A program made the position numbers and the translations under genes. Under the pieces are notes generated by a model. It did not search any database and was not told the origin of the DNA. It saw only the letters and a list, made by a program, of their open reading frames with translations. From an uncultured Planctomycetaceae bacterium (lineage in GTDB: Bacteria > Planctomycetota > Planctomycetia > Pirellulales > UBA1268), in NCBI GenBank assembly GCA_903951635.1, contig CAJBCV010000125.1:1-59051 (forward strand): DNA of 59,051 nucleotides, read 5' to 3'. Shown in pieces: positions 26,025 through 35,602 of this stretch (positions are counted from its first letter, which is position 1; every line of letters starts with the position of its first letter).

Positions 26025-27133
26025 GCCGCTGTGCCGTGACGCCAGCCGACGGCGGCCCCTCGGGCCGGCCGGGGAACGAAGACCCCGCGGCTGATCCCCT
26101 CGACGACATTCGCCTCCTCCTCGACGGCCTCGCTCCCTCCGCCGCGCCGTCGAGCCTGGCCTCGACGACGATCGAGATGGCCGCCGTCTCGGCTTCCGGC
26201 CGGAGCGTCCCCAGGACGAAACCGAGCCGGAGAACGCGGGTGCGGTCGTGGTGGGGGCCGGTGGGGTGTGTCGTCGGGGCGCTCGGGATCGGGCTGGTCA
26301 TCGGCAGGGCCACGACCACCGACCCCGACGAGCGGATCCTCGAGTATCTCCCTGTCGTGGAGCACCTCGGTGTGCTCCAGGAGGCGGGCTCGGTGGCGTT
26401 TCTCAAGTCGGTGGCCGAACGCGACTACCCGCCGCCGCGCCGCTTCCCCTTCGGCCGCCCCCCCGAGGAGCGGGCGGCGGACGCCGGATCACGCCCCGAC
26501 GCCCCCCAGGCTTCGGCGGACGAGGAAGACGACTGGCCGCAGCTCAACGAGACGCTCGAGGCCCTCCAGGAAGGGCCTTTCGGCCCCGAGACGCCGGCCG
26601 GCGAAATCGACGCGCGGCGCGAGCGTGTCGCAGACATCGACGCCGAGTCGCGTCGCCGGCTTTCCGATGCGGCGAAGACGTTCCAGGAGTTGCCGCTCGC
26701 CGAGCGTCACGATCTCATCGAGCTCGCCAGGGCCCTGGGGGAAGGGGATCCGGAGGGGGAGCTCGGCACGCTCGTCGATGCGGCCCGATCTTGGCACCGC
26801 TGGCTTGGCTGGCGCGATCCGGCCGATCGCCATGCGGTCGTGGCGCTGGAGTCGCACGAGCGGCTGGAATGGCTCGACCGCTATGCCCGCTTCAATGCCC
26901 GGTCGAGGTTTCCGCCGGCTCCGCCGGGACGCGGAGACTCCGCTCCGCCGTCAGGACGGGGCTGGCCCGGGGGGTGGGGATTCGGCGGGGATCGGCCGGG
27001 CTCGATGCGCGGCAACCGCAATGGCTCGGAGGAACGGGGGCGTGGAGCCGGGCCTCGTCAGCCAAAGACGGACGGCAAGGCGGAGGATCGCCCCGTCACG
27101 GTGCCCCCAGGGGACGCTCCGGAGTCGCCGTGA
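26021..27133 (+). CDS. putative anti-sigma factor / membrane protein with a DUF3106-like C-terminal region
   Basis: ATGA start/stop overlap with the sigma gene. It has a single TM helix (WWGPVGCVVGALGIGLVIG) and C-terminal W/R-rich helices (SWHRWLGWRDPADRHAVVALESHERLEWLDRYARF). No zf-HC2 HxxxCxxC motif is present. Confidence 0.55.
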   Translation: MSRCAVTPADGGPSGRPGNEDPAADPLDDIRLLLDGLAPSAAPSSLASTTIEMAAVSASGRSVPRTKPSRRTRVRSWWGPVGCVVGALGIGLVIGRATTTDPDERILEYLPVVEHLGVLQEAGSVAFLKSVAERDYPPPRRFPFGRPPEERAADAGSRPDAPQASADEEDDWPQLNETLEALQEGPFGPETPAGEIDARRERVADIDAESRRRLSDAAKTFQELPLAERHDLIELARALGEGDPEGELGTLVDAARSWHRWLGWRDPADRHAVVALESHERLEWLDRYARFNARSRFPPAPPGRGDSAPPSGRGWPGGWGFGGDRPGSMRGNRNGSEERGRGAGPRQPKTDGKAEDRPVTVPPGDAPESP

Positions 27134-27989
27134 CGATCCGTTCCCGGAGAAACGTTCCGAGCCGGGCATTGAAGGCGGCCGGATCCTCCATCGGCGTCAT
27201 GTGGCCGCAGCCGGGCACCGTCACGAGATCCGCTCCATCGATGACGGCTGCGGCGCGCTCGAGGCACTCCGGCGGCGTGATCAGGTCCTCCGCGCCGACG
27301 ACGAGGAGCGTCGGCAGGGCAAACCGGGCGGCGGCGGCGGTCATGTCGGGGCGATCGCCGAGCGCTCCCAGGGCGGTGCGGATCGTGGCCACGTTCGTCC
27401 GTTCGATCGTGCCGCGGAGGCGGGCCTCGATCCCCCGGCGATCGATGCCCGGGTCCCGCGCGAGGAGGCGGGGAACCATCGCCTCGGCGGCTATTCTGGC
27501 CCCCAGTCGGCCGACGCGCTCGGAGAGATCGACGCGGCCGGCGCGGGCTTGCGGGGTGTCGGCTTCGAGCTTCGTGTCGACGAGCACGAGTCCGCGGAGG
27601 CGGGATGGGTGCCGGGCGGCAAGATGCTGGGCCACGTAGCCCCCCATCGACAGGCCACAGGCGACGACCGGCTCCTCGCACCCGAGGGCGTCGAGGATCG
27701 CCACCACCTCGTCAGCCATCGCCGCGATCGACGGCGACGTCGGCCCGTCGCTGCCGCCGAATCCGGCCAGGTCGGGAACGATGAGCCGGGCGACTCCGTC
27801 GAGGAGTGCCCCCGGTGCCACCAGCGCCCACTGCCCGTCCCACATCGAATGATCGAGGGGGAATCCGTGGAGGAGAACCAGCGGGACTCCCGTCCCTGCC
27901 TCCCGGACGGCGATCCGCCGACCCTGCGAAATCTCCACCAGCCGAGCTTTCGGGGCCTGGCTGGCCGCCGTTGGGAAACGCTCGCTCAT
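27096..27989 (-). CDS. alpha/beta-fold hydrolase
   Basis: LLHGFPLD, the nucleophile elbow GLSMGG, and C-terminal VPGCGHMTPMEDP containing the catalytic His. There is a 4-nt overlap with the upstream gene. Confidence 0.8.
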   Translation of the reverse strand: MSERFPTAASQAPKARLVEISQGRRIAVREAGTGVPLVLLHGFPLDHSMWDGQWALVAPGALLDGVARLIVPDLAGFGGSDGPTSPSIAAMADEVVAILDALGCEEPVVACGLSMGGYVAQHLAARHPSRLRGLVLVDTKLEADTPQARAGRVDLSERVGRLGARIAAEAMVPRLLARDPGIDRRGIEARLRGTIERTNVATIRTALGALGDRPDMTAAAARFALPTLLVVGAEDLITPPECLERAAAVIDGADLVTVPGCGHMTPMEDPAAFNARLGTFLRERIVTATPERPLGAP

Positions 27990-29872
27990 GGCTTCGCAGC
28001 TGCCTTCGCCTCGAATCGCTCGAGCGTCTTGCGGATCGTGCGGTTGTGGGGTTCGTGGCGGACCGCCAGGCTCTGCCAGCGGACGGCGCCGTCGAGGTCA
28101 CCGGCCGCGGCGCGGCAATGGGCGAGAGTGTCGAGATAGCTCGCGCTGTCGAACGCCGTCACGAGCGATTGCTTGGAATATCGCGTCGCCTTCTCGGCAT
28201 CCCCCTCGGTGTTGGCGACGAGCCAGGCATATTCGTTGTAGCCGGTGGTGTCGTCGGGAACGGCCTGGATCTCGTTCTCGATCTGCCGCAGGGCTTCGTT
28301 GATACGGCGGACGGCGTCGGATCGCTGGTCGGGCGTGTTGTCTGGCAAGTGGTAGAGGGCGATGAGGGAGTCGACATCCTTGCCGAGGGAGCGGAGGGCG
28401 GCTTCGACGAGACGGCGCCGCTCCGCGGCATCTCCCCGGGCCGCCGCGGCGCACGAGGCGAAGAAATCCGCCCGGGCGCGGACGCTCCGCTCGTCGCGAC
28501 CGAGTGGGGCGAGTTGCTGTTCCAGGTTGAAATCGCGCCGGGGAGGGTTCGGTCCGACGAGGCGCCCGAGGGCTGCGGCCGCCTCGTCCTCGCGCTCGAG
28601 TTCGTGGAGGTATTCGGCGGCGGTGAGCGCCGTCTGGCAGTAGTCGAGGGGCAGCGACTGCGGATCGTCGAGCACGGCGTTGTAGGCGCGCAGAGCCCAC
28701 TCCGTGCATCCCCACCGCGCCTGGAACGCGCCCGACTGCATCATGAGCCGGCCGTTGCGCCCGCCGCCCGGGGCCTTGATGGCGGCAAAGGCGGCGTCGG
28801 CCAGGGCCGTGGCCCGGCCGAGATCGCCGCGGGCTCGTTCCGCGGCGGCGGCGGCGCAGGCCACGAGCGGATAGGCGGCGAGGAGATCGGGACGGGTGTC
28901 ATGGATCTGGTCGACGACTCCCGGGATGCCGAGATTCGTGCCCCAGACGAGCGTATCGATCGTCGGAGCGACGAGCTGCGGGCCGGGCAGGCCTTCCCAT
29001 TGGGCGGCGAGCAACGCCTTCGCCGCCGCGATCGCCTCGTCCTTGTGGCCGGCGGCGAGGAGCATGCCGATCCGCGTGCGGGCGAAGATTCTCCCCACCT
29101 CCGTCAAATCCCCGCCCGAGCTTGTCTCCTCGTCGTCCACTCCAGCGTCGTCGGCAGCTTCCCGCCGCGAGCCGTGGTCGCCATCGGTTCGCTCCAGGTG
29201 GGTCAGGGCCTTCGCTGCCGCGGCGAGCGCTTCGTCACGTGCTGCCGGTGTCGTCGCCGCGGCGAAATCGATGACGGCCCGCGCGAAGGCCGCGGCCGGG
29301 CGGGCGCTCGATCCCAGCCCGGTGACTGCGCGGGCGGCGATCTTCGGCCACCATCGGTTGTCGGCCTGCCATTCGCGCACGAGGAGCGCCGCAGCCACGC
29401 GCGATCCCTCCGGCGAGCGTTCGAGGCGGATGATCCGCGCCAGGGCCTCGATGCCGGCGTCGTCGTCGACGCGGAGGAGACGATGCATGACCCGGACGCG
29501 CTGCGCGAAGTCGCGCTGCTTGTACGACTCGAGGAGCCGCGTCACCTCCGGGGGATCGTGCGGCATGCCGAGGGGGATCGTGTCGACGAGCCATCGGGCC
29601 CGCAGCGCCACTTCGAGATCGCGGTCGAGCTCGGCGGCCGCCAAGAGGGCATCAACCGCCGCAGGGCCGATCGCCTTGAGCTCGGCCGAGGCGGTCTCCC
29701 GAGCTTGGAAGTCGGCATCCCCCAGCCTGGCGATGAGCGAGGCGATCGCCTCCGGGGAGGGTTCGGCGGGAGGGACGCTGGTCGTCCCCGCGATCACCGA
29801 CCCGAGATGGAGGATCAGCGAGCCGAGCAACCCCCCGGCAGGGATGCCCGATCGCCTGGTTGCGGGATGCAT
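27986..29872 (-). CDS. HEAT/TPR-like repeat protein (hypothetical)
   Basis: The track ORF is 27986..30013. I prefer ATG 29872 (MHPATRRSGIPAGGLLGSLILHLGSVIAG, TM/signal-like), which avoids overlap with pyrE. It has a HEAT-like LGDADFQARETASAELKAIGPAAVDALL segment and C-terminal TPR-like helices. The start is uncertain. Confidence 0.6.
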   Translation of the reverse strand: MHPATRRSGIPAGGLLGSLILHLGSVIAGTTSVPPAEPSPEAIASLIARLGDADFQARETASAELKAIGPAAVDALLAAAELDRDLEVALRARWLVDTIPLGMPHDPPEVTRLLESYKQRDFAQRVRVMHRLLRVDDDAGIEALARIIRLERSPEGSRVAAALLVREWQADNRWWPKIAARAVTGLGSSARPAAAFARAVIDFAAATTPAARDEALAAAAKALTHLERTDGDHGSRREAADDAGVDDEETSSGGDLTEVGRIFARTRIGMLLAAGHKDEAIAAAKALLAAQWEGLPGPQLVAPTIDTLVWGTNLGIPGVVDQIHDTRPDLLAAYPLVACAAAAAERARGDLGRATALADAAFAAIKAPGGGRNGRLMMQSGAFQARWGCTEWALRAYNAVLDDPQSLPLDYCQTALTAAEYLHELEREDEAAAALGRLVGPNPPRRDFNLEQQLAPLGRDERSVRARADFFASCAAAARGDAAERRRLVEAALRSLGKDVDSLIALYHLPDNTPDQRSDAVRRINEALRQIENEIQAVPDDTTGYNEYAWLVANTEGDAEKATRYSKQSLVTAFDSASYLDTLAHCRAAAGDLDGAVRWQSLAVRHEPHNRTIRKTLERFEAKAAAKP

Positions 29873-29963
29873 CGCGGCTCCGTGGGCGAGGGAAGAATGG
29901 AAGGTGAGGGGCATGGGCTGCAATCCTTCCGCGAGCCATCGTCGCCCGAGGCGAAGGGCTGGC

Positions 29964-30539
29964 TCAGGTCGCGTCGGGTTCGATGCCCAGGTCGCGGATC
30001 GTGACGATGGCATCGAGGGGGATACCGCGGGCGGCGAGGGTTTCGCCGGCTCCGGCGAGCCTGTCGATGACGGTGACGACGCGTTCGACGACGAGGCCGA
30101 ACTCGATCGCCCGGTCGATCGCCAAGAGCGAGGATCCCCCGGTGGTGGTCACGTCCTCGACGATCACCACCTTCTCACCGGGGACGACCGGCCCCTCGAT
30201 GTAACGCTTCGTGCCATGGTCCTTCGGCTCCTTGCGGACCATGAATCCGCGCAGGTCGAGCCCGGCGACCCCGGCCATCGTGACGACGGCGCTGGTCACC
30301 GGATCGGCACCGATCGACATCCCCCCGACGGCGGCCGGGAGGGGGCCGTGCCCGCGGAGGATTTCGAGGATCGCTCGGCCGACGAGCATCGAGCCGCGGG
30401 CGTCGAGGATCACCTGCTTGGCGTCGAGGTAGAAGCTCGCCTCCCGACCGGAGGCGAGGCGAAACGTCCCGCGGCGGAGGGCCTTGGCGGTGATGAGGGG
30501 GACCAGTTCGGCAACGATTTGTGAGCGGGTTGTGTCCAT
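29964..30539 (-). CDS. pyrE: orotate phosphoribosyltransferase
   Basis: Only the C-terminal 191 aa of the 994-aa track ORF look real (MDTTRSQIVAELV...). The PRPP-binding motif VVIVEDVTTTGGS is present. ATG at 30539. Confidence 0.85.
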   Translation of the reverse strand: MDTTRSQIVAELVPLITAKALRRGTFRLASGREASFYLDAKQVILDARGSMLVGRAILEILRGHGPLPAAVGGMSIGADPVTSAVVTMAGVAGLDLRGFMVRKEPKDHGTKRYIEGPVVPGEKVVIVEDVTTTGGSSLLAIDRAIEFGLVVERVVTVIDRLAGAGETLAARGIPLDAIVTIRDLGIEPDAT

Positions 30540-30586
30540 CCCGGGAGTATAAGCGGTGTCGGCACGGCGGGGGTGGCCCCGATTTT

Positions 30587-30614
30587 TTGACTCCGCCGGG
30601 GATGTCCATAGAAT
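30587..30614 (+). promoter_or_regulatory. sigma70-like promoter for the nfeD-floA operon
   Basis: TTGACT (30587-30592), a 16-nt spacer, then TAGAAT (30609-30614), 37 nt upstream of ATG 30651. The match stands out in a 70% GC background. Confidence 0.45.
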
Positions 30615-30650
30615 TCGCCTGTTGTCGCTCTCCGGCTCTCGAGGACGGTC

Positions 30651-32954
30651 ATGCCATTCATCGCCGCGACACCCGACGGAGTGTGGACAGGTTCGTTCCC
30701 GGACCTCCTCCACCCCGCTCGCCGGCAGGAGCGGCGCACGGCCTCTCGGGCGATCGGCGCCGTGGCGGTGCTCGTGGCTGCGATGCTCGTGGCTGCGGTG
30801 CTCGGCGGCGGCGCTGGCCCCGCCCGGGGGGCCGACCCTCCCCCCGATCCGGCGAAGGCCGCAGCCAATGAAGCAGACGCCGTCGCGCCGCGCGACGTAC
30901 CGGTGGCGGTCGTTCCGCTCCGTCTGCCGATCACCGGCACCCGCGACACGCAAGTCGAGGGGACCGTTCTCCGCACTCTCGATCGGCTCCTCGCCCGCCC
31001 CGGCGAGCGCGGTGTGCTCGTGTTCCGATTCGACGGTGCCGACGAGCCGGGAGGAGGGGCGAGCGATTTCGGCCGATCGCTGGCGCTGGCCCGGTTCCTC
31101 GCCGACCCGCGACTCTCCGGCGTGAAGACGGTGGCCTGGCTCCCGGCGGGGGCCCGCGGTCATGCGGTGCTCGTGGCGCTGGCCTGTGAGGAGATCGTGC
31201 TCGCCCCCGATGCCGTCTTCGGCCCAGCGAACACCGACGAGCCGTTCATCGACGACGCCATGCGCACGGTCTATGCCCAGGTGGCCGCCCGACGGAAAAC
31301 AGCCCCTCCAGCGCTCGCTCAGGCCCTTCTCGATCCCCAGGCACGGGTCGTGCGCGTGGCCACCGGCGACGGCGACCAGATCGTGACGGCGGCCGAGGTG
31401 CCTGCCCTCCGTGAAGCGGCCGCGGTTCTCGATGAAGAGGAGATCGGCCCGGTGCCCCTGGCCCTCTCGGGCCGGCGGGCGCGGGAGTTGGGGGTGGCGC
31501 GGGCGCTTGCGCGCACGCCCGCCGAGGTGGCGCGGAGTCTCGGCCTCGGCGAGACGGCGCTCGAGGCCGATCCGACCCTCGACGGGGGCTGGAAGGGGGT
31601 GCAGGTCGTCCTCTCCGGCGTGATCACTGCCGACCTCGTCGCCCGCACGCGGACGCGGATCGAGGAAGCGATCGCCTCCGGTCGGAACTTCGTCTGCCTG
31701 CGGATCGACAGCCCTGGGGGCGAGCCGGAGCAGAGCCTCGTCCTCGCCGCCTATCTCGCGAGCCTCGATGCCACGCGAGTCCGCACCGTCGCCTGGGTGC
31801 CCCGCGAGGCCCGGGGCGACGCGGCGCTGGTTGCCACGGCGTGCGACGAAATGGTCATGGGGGCCGCGGCGGTCCTCGGCGGCGAGGGGGCCGCGGCGAT
31901 CGACGGACGCTGGGCCGAGGCGATCACGGTGGCGTGGCGCGAGGGGGTGGCGAAGAAGCGGGATCGGTCGTGGTCGCTGCCGGTGGCGCTGGTGGCTCCG
32001 GGGCTCGTCGTTCGCCAGGCGACCCGGGCCGCGACGGGAAGCGTCGGCTATTTCTGCGACGAGGAGTTTGACCGGCTCGACGATCGCGAGGCATGGCAGC
32101 TCGGGGCCCAGGTCGGCGTCGGCCCGCTGGTGCTCAATGGCAAGGCGGCCGAGTCGAACGGTCTGGCGGCGCATGTCGTCGACGGGTTTGACGGTGTGGC
32201 CCGGGCGTACGGACTCGAGGGGGACGTCGCCCTTGCCGCACCGGGCTGGGCCGACACGCTCCTCGACGCCCTCGCCAGCCCCGGCATCGCCTGGCTCCTC
32301 CTCCTCATCGGCGGCGCGGGGCTGTACATCGAGCTTCACACCCCCGGCATCGGCTTCGGGGGCTTCATCGCGATGGTGGCGTTCATCATCTATTTCTGGA
32401 GCAGCCACCTCCATGGCACGAGCGGATGGCTGGAGGTGATGCTGTTCCTCGCCGGCCTGATCTGTCTGGCGGCGGAGATCTTCGTGCTCCCCGGATTCGG
32501 CGTCCTCGGCCTCGGCGGTGGCCTGCTCATGGTGGCGTCGCTGATCCTCGCCAGCCAATCGTTCGTCCTTCCCACCAATGCCTACCAGTTCCGCCAACTC
32601 CAGTGGTCGCTCCTCGGCATCCTCGGCGCCGCCATCGGCGTCACGATCCTCGCCGTCGTCGCCCGGCGCTGGCTCCCCGAGTCGCGTCTCTTCCGGCATG
32701 TGCTCCTCGCTCCCCCGGGTGACGCTGCGATCGATCTGGTCGACGATCCGCTCGAGGCCCTCGTCGGACTCCAAGGGGAGACGACGTCGCGGCTCGCTCC
32801 CGCCGGCAAGGCGCGGATCGGCGGCGAGATCCACGACGTCTCCAGCGACGGGCAGCTCGTCGAGCCGGGGATGCCGGTGGAGGTGGTGGCGATCCGCGGT
32901 GGCAGGGTGCTCGTGCGGGCCATCGGTGCCGGGCAGCGGGGGACGCACGGATGA
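30651..32954 (+). CDS. NfeD-family membrane-bound ClpP-class protease with two tandem ClpP-like domains, a TM bundle and a C-terminal OB domain
   Basis: The second domain has RIDSPGGE. The first domain is degenerate (RFDGADEPGGGASD). The TM region is WLLLLIGGAGLYIELHTPGIGFGGFIAMVAFIIYFW... The C-terminal NfeD OB region is GETTSRLAPAGKARIGGEIHDVSSDGQLVEPGMPVEVVAI. Confidence 0.75.
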   Translation: MPFIAATPDGVWTGSFPDLLHPARRQERRTASRAIGAVAVLVAAMLVAAVLGGGAGPARGADPPPDPAKAAANEADAVAPRDVPVAVVPLRLPITGTRDTQVEGTVLRTLDRLLARPGERGVLVFRFDGADEPGGGASDFGRSLALARFLADPRLSGVKTVAWLPAGARGHAVLVALACEEIVLAPDAVFGPANTDEPFIDDAMRTVYAQVAARRKTAPPALAQALLDPQARVVRVATGDGDQIVTAAEVPALREAAAVLDEEEIGPVPLALSGRRARELGVARALARTPAEVARSLGLGETALEADPTLDGGWKGVQVVLSGVITADLVARTRTRIEEAIASGRNFVCLRIDSPGGEPEQSLVLAAYLASLDATRVRTVAWVPREARGDAALVATACDEMVMGAAAVLGGEGAAAIDGRWAEAITVAWREGVAKKRDRSWSLPVALVAPGLVVRQATRAATGSVGYFCDEEFDRLDDREAWQLGAQVGVGPLVLNGKAAESNGLAAHVVDGFDGVARAYGLEGDVALAAPGWADTLLDALASPGIAWLLLLIGGAGLYIELHTPGIGFGGFIAMVAFIIYFWSSHLHGTSGWLEVMLFLAGLICLAAEIFVLPGFGVLGLGGGLLMVASLILASQSFVLPTNAYQFRQLQWSLLGILGAAIGVTILAVVARRWLPESRLFRHVLLAPPGDAAIDLVDDPLEALVGLQGETTSRLAPAGKARIGGEIHDVSSDGQLVEPGMPVEVVAIRGGRVLVRAIGAGQRGTHG

Positions 32955-33592
32955 GTCCGGTCGTCTGGGTGGCCGCCCTGTTCCTCGTTGGCATCGGCGT
33001 GATCGTGCTCGAGGTCTTCGTTCCGTCCGGCGGCGTTCTCGGCTTCGTCAGCCTGGCGGCGATCATCGCCGCGATCGCGACGGCCTTCCTCGAACTCGGC
33101 GTCGGCGCCGGCACCGCAATGATCGCGCTGTCGGTCGTCGTCGTGCCGGTGATCCTCGGCCTGGCATTCCGCTGGTTCCCGGAAACGCCCCTCGGACGGC
33201 GCGTCCTCCCCGCCCCTCCGGAGCCGGCCGACGTCGTGCCCGATGCACCGCGGCGGCGGCGGGCCCGCGATCTCGTCGGCCACCAGGGGCGGACCACCAG
33301 CGACCTCCTCCCCTGGGGCACGGTGGAGGTGGGGAGCGAGACGCTCGACGGCGTGAGCGAAGGGGGGCCGATCGACGCCGGCCGCGAGATCGTCGTCGTG
33401 GCGGCCCAGGGGGCGGCGGTAGTGGTACGCCCGGCCCCGGTTACCGCTCGACCGAAGTTCGGGCCGGGGGAGCACGGGGACGGGATGGAGCGGGCGGTCG
33501 AATCGGAAAAACCGGCAGCCCCGGAAGCCCCCCGGCTCTCGCCGACCCTCGAGAACTTCACCTTCGAGTCATTCAAGCCCCCCGACGCTTGA
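32951..33592 (+). CDS. short NfeD-family protein (TM + OB domain)
   Basis: ATGA overlap with the upstream gene. N-terminal TM helices are followed by [44 protein letters not shown]. Confidence 0.7.
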   Translation: MSPVVWVAALFLVGIGVIVLEVFVPSGGVLGFVSLAAIIAAIATAFLELGVGAGTAMIALSVVVVPVILGLAFRWFPETPLGRRVLPAPPEPADVVPDAPRRRRARDLVGHQGRTTSDLLPWGTVEVGSETLDGVSEGGPIDAGREIVVVAAQGAAVVVRPAPVTARPKFGPGEHGDGMERAVESEKPAAPEAPRLSPTLENFTFESFKPPDA

Positions 33593-33683
33593 CTCGCAGC
33601 TGACGCGGAACAACGCTGGATTCGTCCCGTTCCGCGGCTTCCAGGCCCCGGCCCGGGGTCAGCCCACCCGTCCGGAGCCTCCG

Positions 33684-34727
33684 ATGCCCCAGTTCGTCCT
33701 GCCGGTCGTTCTCCTCGTTCTCGTCGTCGTCGGGCTCGGCATCGCCGCCATGCTGGCCCGCTACCTGCGGCTCTGGCTGCAGTCGTATGCGTCGAGCGCC
33801 GGCATCGGCCTGTTTGACCTCGTCGCCATGAGCTTCAAGAAGGTCAACCCGAACGTCATCGTTCGCAGCAAGATCATGGCGGTGCAGGCCGGGCTGGGCG
33901 ATTCGACCGGGATCACGCGGCAGGCCCTCGAGGAGCACTCGATGGCCGGCGGCCGCGTCCCGCTCGTGGTGCAAGCGCTGATCGCGGCCAACAAGGCGAA
34001 GATCAAGGAGCTCAACTGGAAACTGGCAACGGCGATCGATTTGGCCGGACGTGACGTTCGCGAGGCGGTGCAGACAAGCGTCTATCCGAAGGTTATCGAT
34101 TGCCCTGGCCGGAACAGCGGCCGCGAGACGCTCGATGCGGTCGCGAAGGACGGCATCCAATTGAAGGTTCGGGCCCGCGTGACGGTGCGGACGAATCTCA
34201 ACCAGCTCATCGGCGGTGCCACCGAGGAGACGATCGTCGCCCGCGTCGGCGAGGGGATCGTCTCGGCGATCGGCTCGGCCGAACGCTACACGAGCGTCCT
34301 CGAGAATCCCGACGTGATCTCGAAGACGGTGCTCGCCCGCCGCCTCGATTCCAACACCGCCTTCGAGATCGTCTCGATCGACATCGCCGACATCGACGTC
34401 GGGGCGAACATCGGCGCCCGCCTTCAGGCCGACCGGGCCGAGGCCGACACCCGCGTCGCCCGGGCCAACGCCGAAGGGCGCCGGGCGATGGCGGTCGCGA
34501 AAGAACAGGAGATGATCGCCGGGATCGAAGAGAGCCGGGCGCAGTTGGTGGAGTCGGAGGCGGAGGTGCCACGGGCGATCGCCGATTCGCTCGCCAGCGG
34601 TGGGCTCGGGATCGTCGACTACTACAAGATCCGCAATCTCCAGGCTGACACCGACATGCGGCGGACGATCGCCGGCGTCGGCAACGGGCCGGCCACCGCG
34701 ACGCATGCCGTTCCTTCCGGGCAGTGA
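33684..34727 (+). CDS. floA: flotillin-like protein FloA (YqfA family)
   Basis: Near-collinear with B. subtilis YqfA as I remember it: [95 protein letters not shown]...N..ADT.MR. Confidence 0.9.
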   Translation: MPQFVLPVVLLVLVVVGLGIAAMLARYLRLWLQSYASSAGIGLFDLVAMSFKKVNPNVIVRSKIMAVQAGLGDSTGITRQALEEHSMAGGRVPLVVQALIAANKAKIKELNWKLATAIDLAGRDVREAVQTSVYPKVIDCPGRNSGRETLDAVAKDGIQLKVRARVTVRTNLNQLIGGATEETIVARVGEGIVSAIGSAERYTSVLENPDVISKTVLARRLDSNTAFEIVSIDIADIDVGANIGARLQADRAEADTRVARANAEGRRAMAVAKEQEMIAGIEESRAQLVESEAEVPRAIADSLASGGLGIVDYYKIRNLQADTDMRRTIAGVGNGPATATHAVPSGQ

Positions 34728-34776
34728 TCCGGCGACGCTCGCCCTCGTCCCCTTTCCTCCTCCGGAACCAGCCCCG

Positions 34777-35523
34777 ATGCTCGAACTCCCCTCGGTCGCG
34801 TGCGTGGTCCTGCCGCTGGCCGCGAACGATTGGCTCGAGGGGCTGATTCCCTTCTTGTTCTTCGTGATCTGGATCGTGTCGCAGGTCGTGGGGGTCGTGC
34901 GGCGCATCGGCGGAGGGGGAAAGGTTCCGGGAGGGGGTGGTCCGAATCCCGGTAGGCCGGTCGGGCCGGCGCCCGGTGAGGTGCGGGAGGTGCGGCCGCC
35001 GGTCGTCCCCGTCGGCGAGATCGATCGCCGGGCCGCCCAAGAGGATCTCCAGCGTCAGATCGAGGCCTTCCGGCGCGGTCAGGCGGAAGGGGGCGATCGA
35101 GATCCCCCACGGCGCACGCCGGCCAATCCGCCGGCGCTTCCCAAGCCCTCGCCGCGGCGCGAGCCGGTGGCCGTGAAGCCCGCGGCTCCACGCCGACAGG
35201 AAGGGGGCGTGCGTCGGCCAGCCACGCCCGCGGCAAGCCGTTCCGCGGCCTCTCAGGGCCGACCGGGAATGTCGGCGGCGAGCGTTTCCCCGTCAATTCT
35301 CGGCGGCCATGACGGCGACATCGGTCGGCATGTCGAAGGGGCGTTCGCGCACGATCTTGCCCACGCAGGAATCCGTCCCGGCGGCGGCGACCAGTCCGCG
35401 GTCGCGCCGCAGACGGTGCCGACGGTCGCCCACGATCTCGTGGCGATGTTCCGCGATCCGAAGACGATCCGCCAGGTGATCCTCCTCCGCGAAGTGCTCG
35501 ACCGGCCGATCGATCGCTGGTGA
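34777..35523 (+). CDS. hypothetical membrane protein, G/P/R-rich, possibly the last gene of the floA operon
   Basis: The track ORF is 34600..35523. ATG 34777 gives MLELPSVACVVLPLAANDWLEGLIPFLFFVIWIVSQVVG (TM). The alternative ATG 34705 overlaps the floA end. The C-terminus is ...VILLREVLDRPIDRW. Confidence 0.5.
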   Translation: MLELPSVACVVLPLAANDWLEGLIPFLFFVIWIVSQVVGVVRRIGGGGKVPGGGGPNPGRPVGPAPGEVREVRPPVVPVGEIDRRAAQEDLQRQIEAFRRGQAEGGDRDPPRRTPANPPALPKPSPRREPVAVKPAAPRRQEGGVRRPATPAASRSAASQGRPGMSAASVSPSILGGHDGDIGRHVEGAFAHDLAHAGIRPGGGDQSAVAPQTVPTVAHDLVAMFRDPKTIRQVILLREVLDRPIDRW

Positions 35524-35602
35524 GCCGGGAGCGTTGTCGGATGGGTGGGGACGCGTATGCTCCTCCCCGAAGACGCACGACCCGACCCGAGGAGACGACC
35601 GC

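Noticed and set aside
30540-32948. N-terminal 800 aa of the 994-aa minus-strand ORF 29964..32948
   Set aside because: Only the last 191 aa form a coherent PyrE. The remainder is antisense to the well-supported NfeD gene and is low-complexity.
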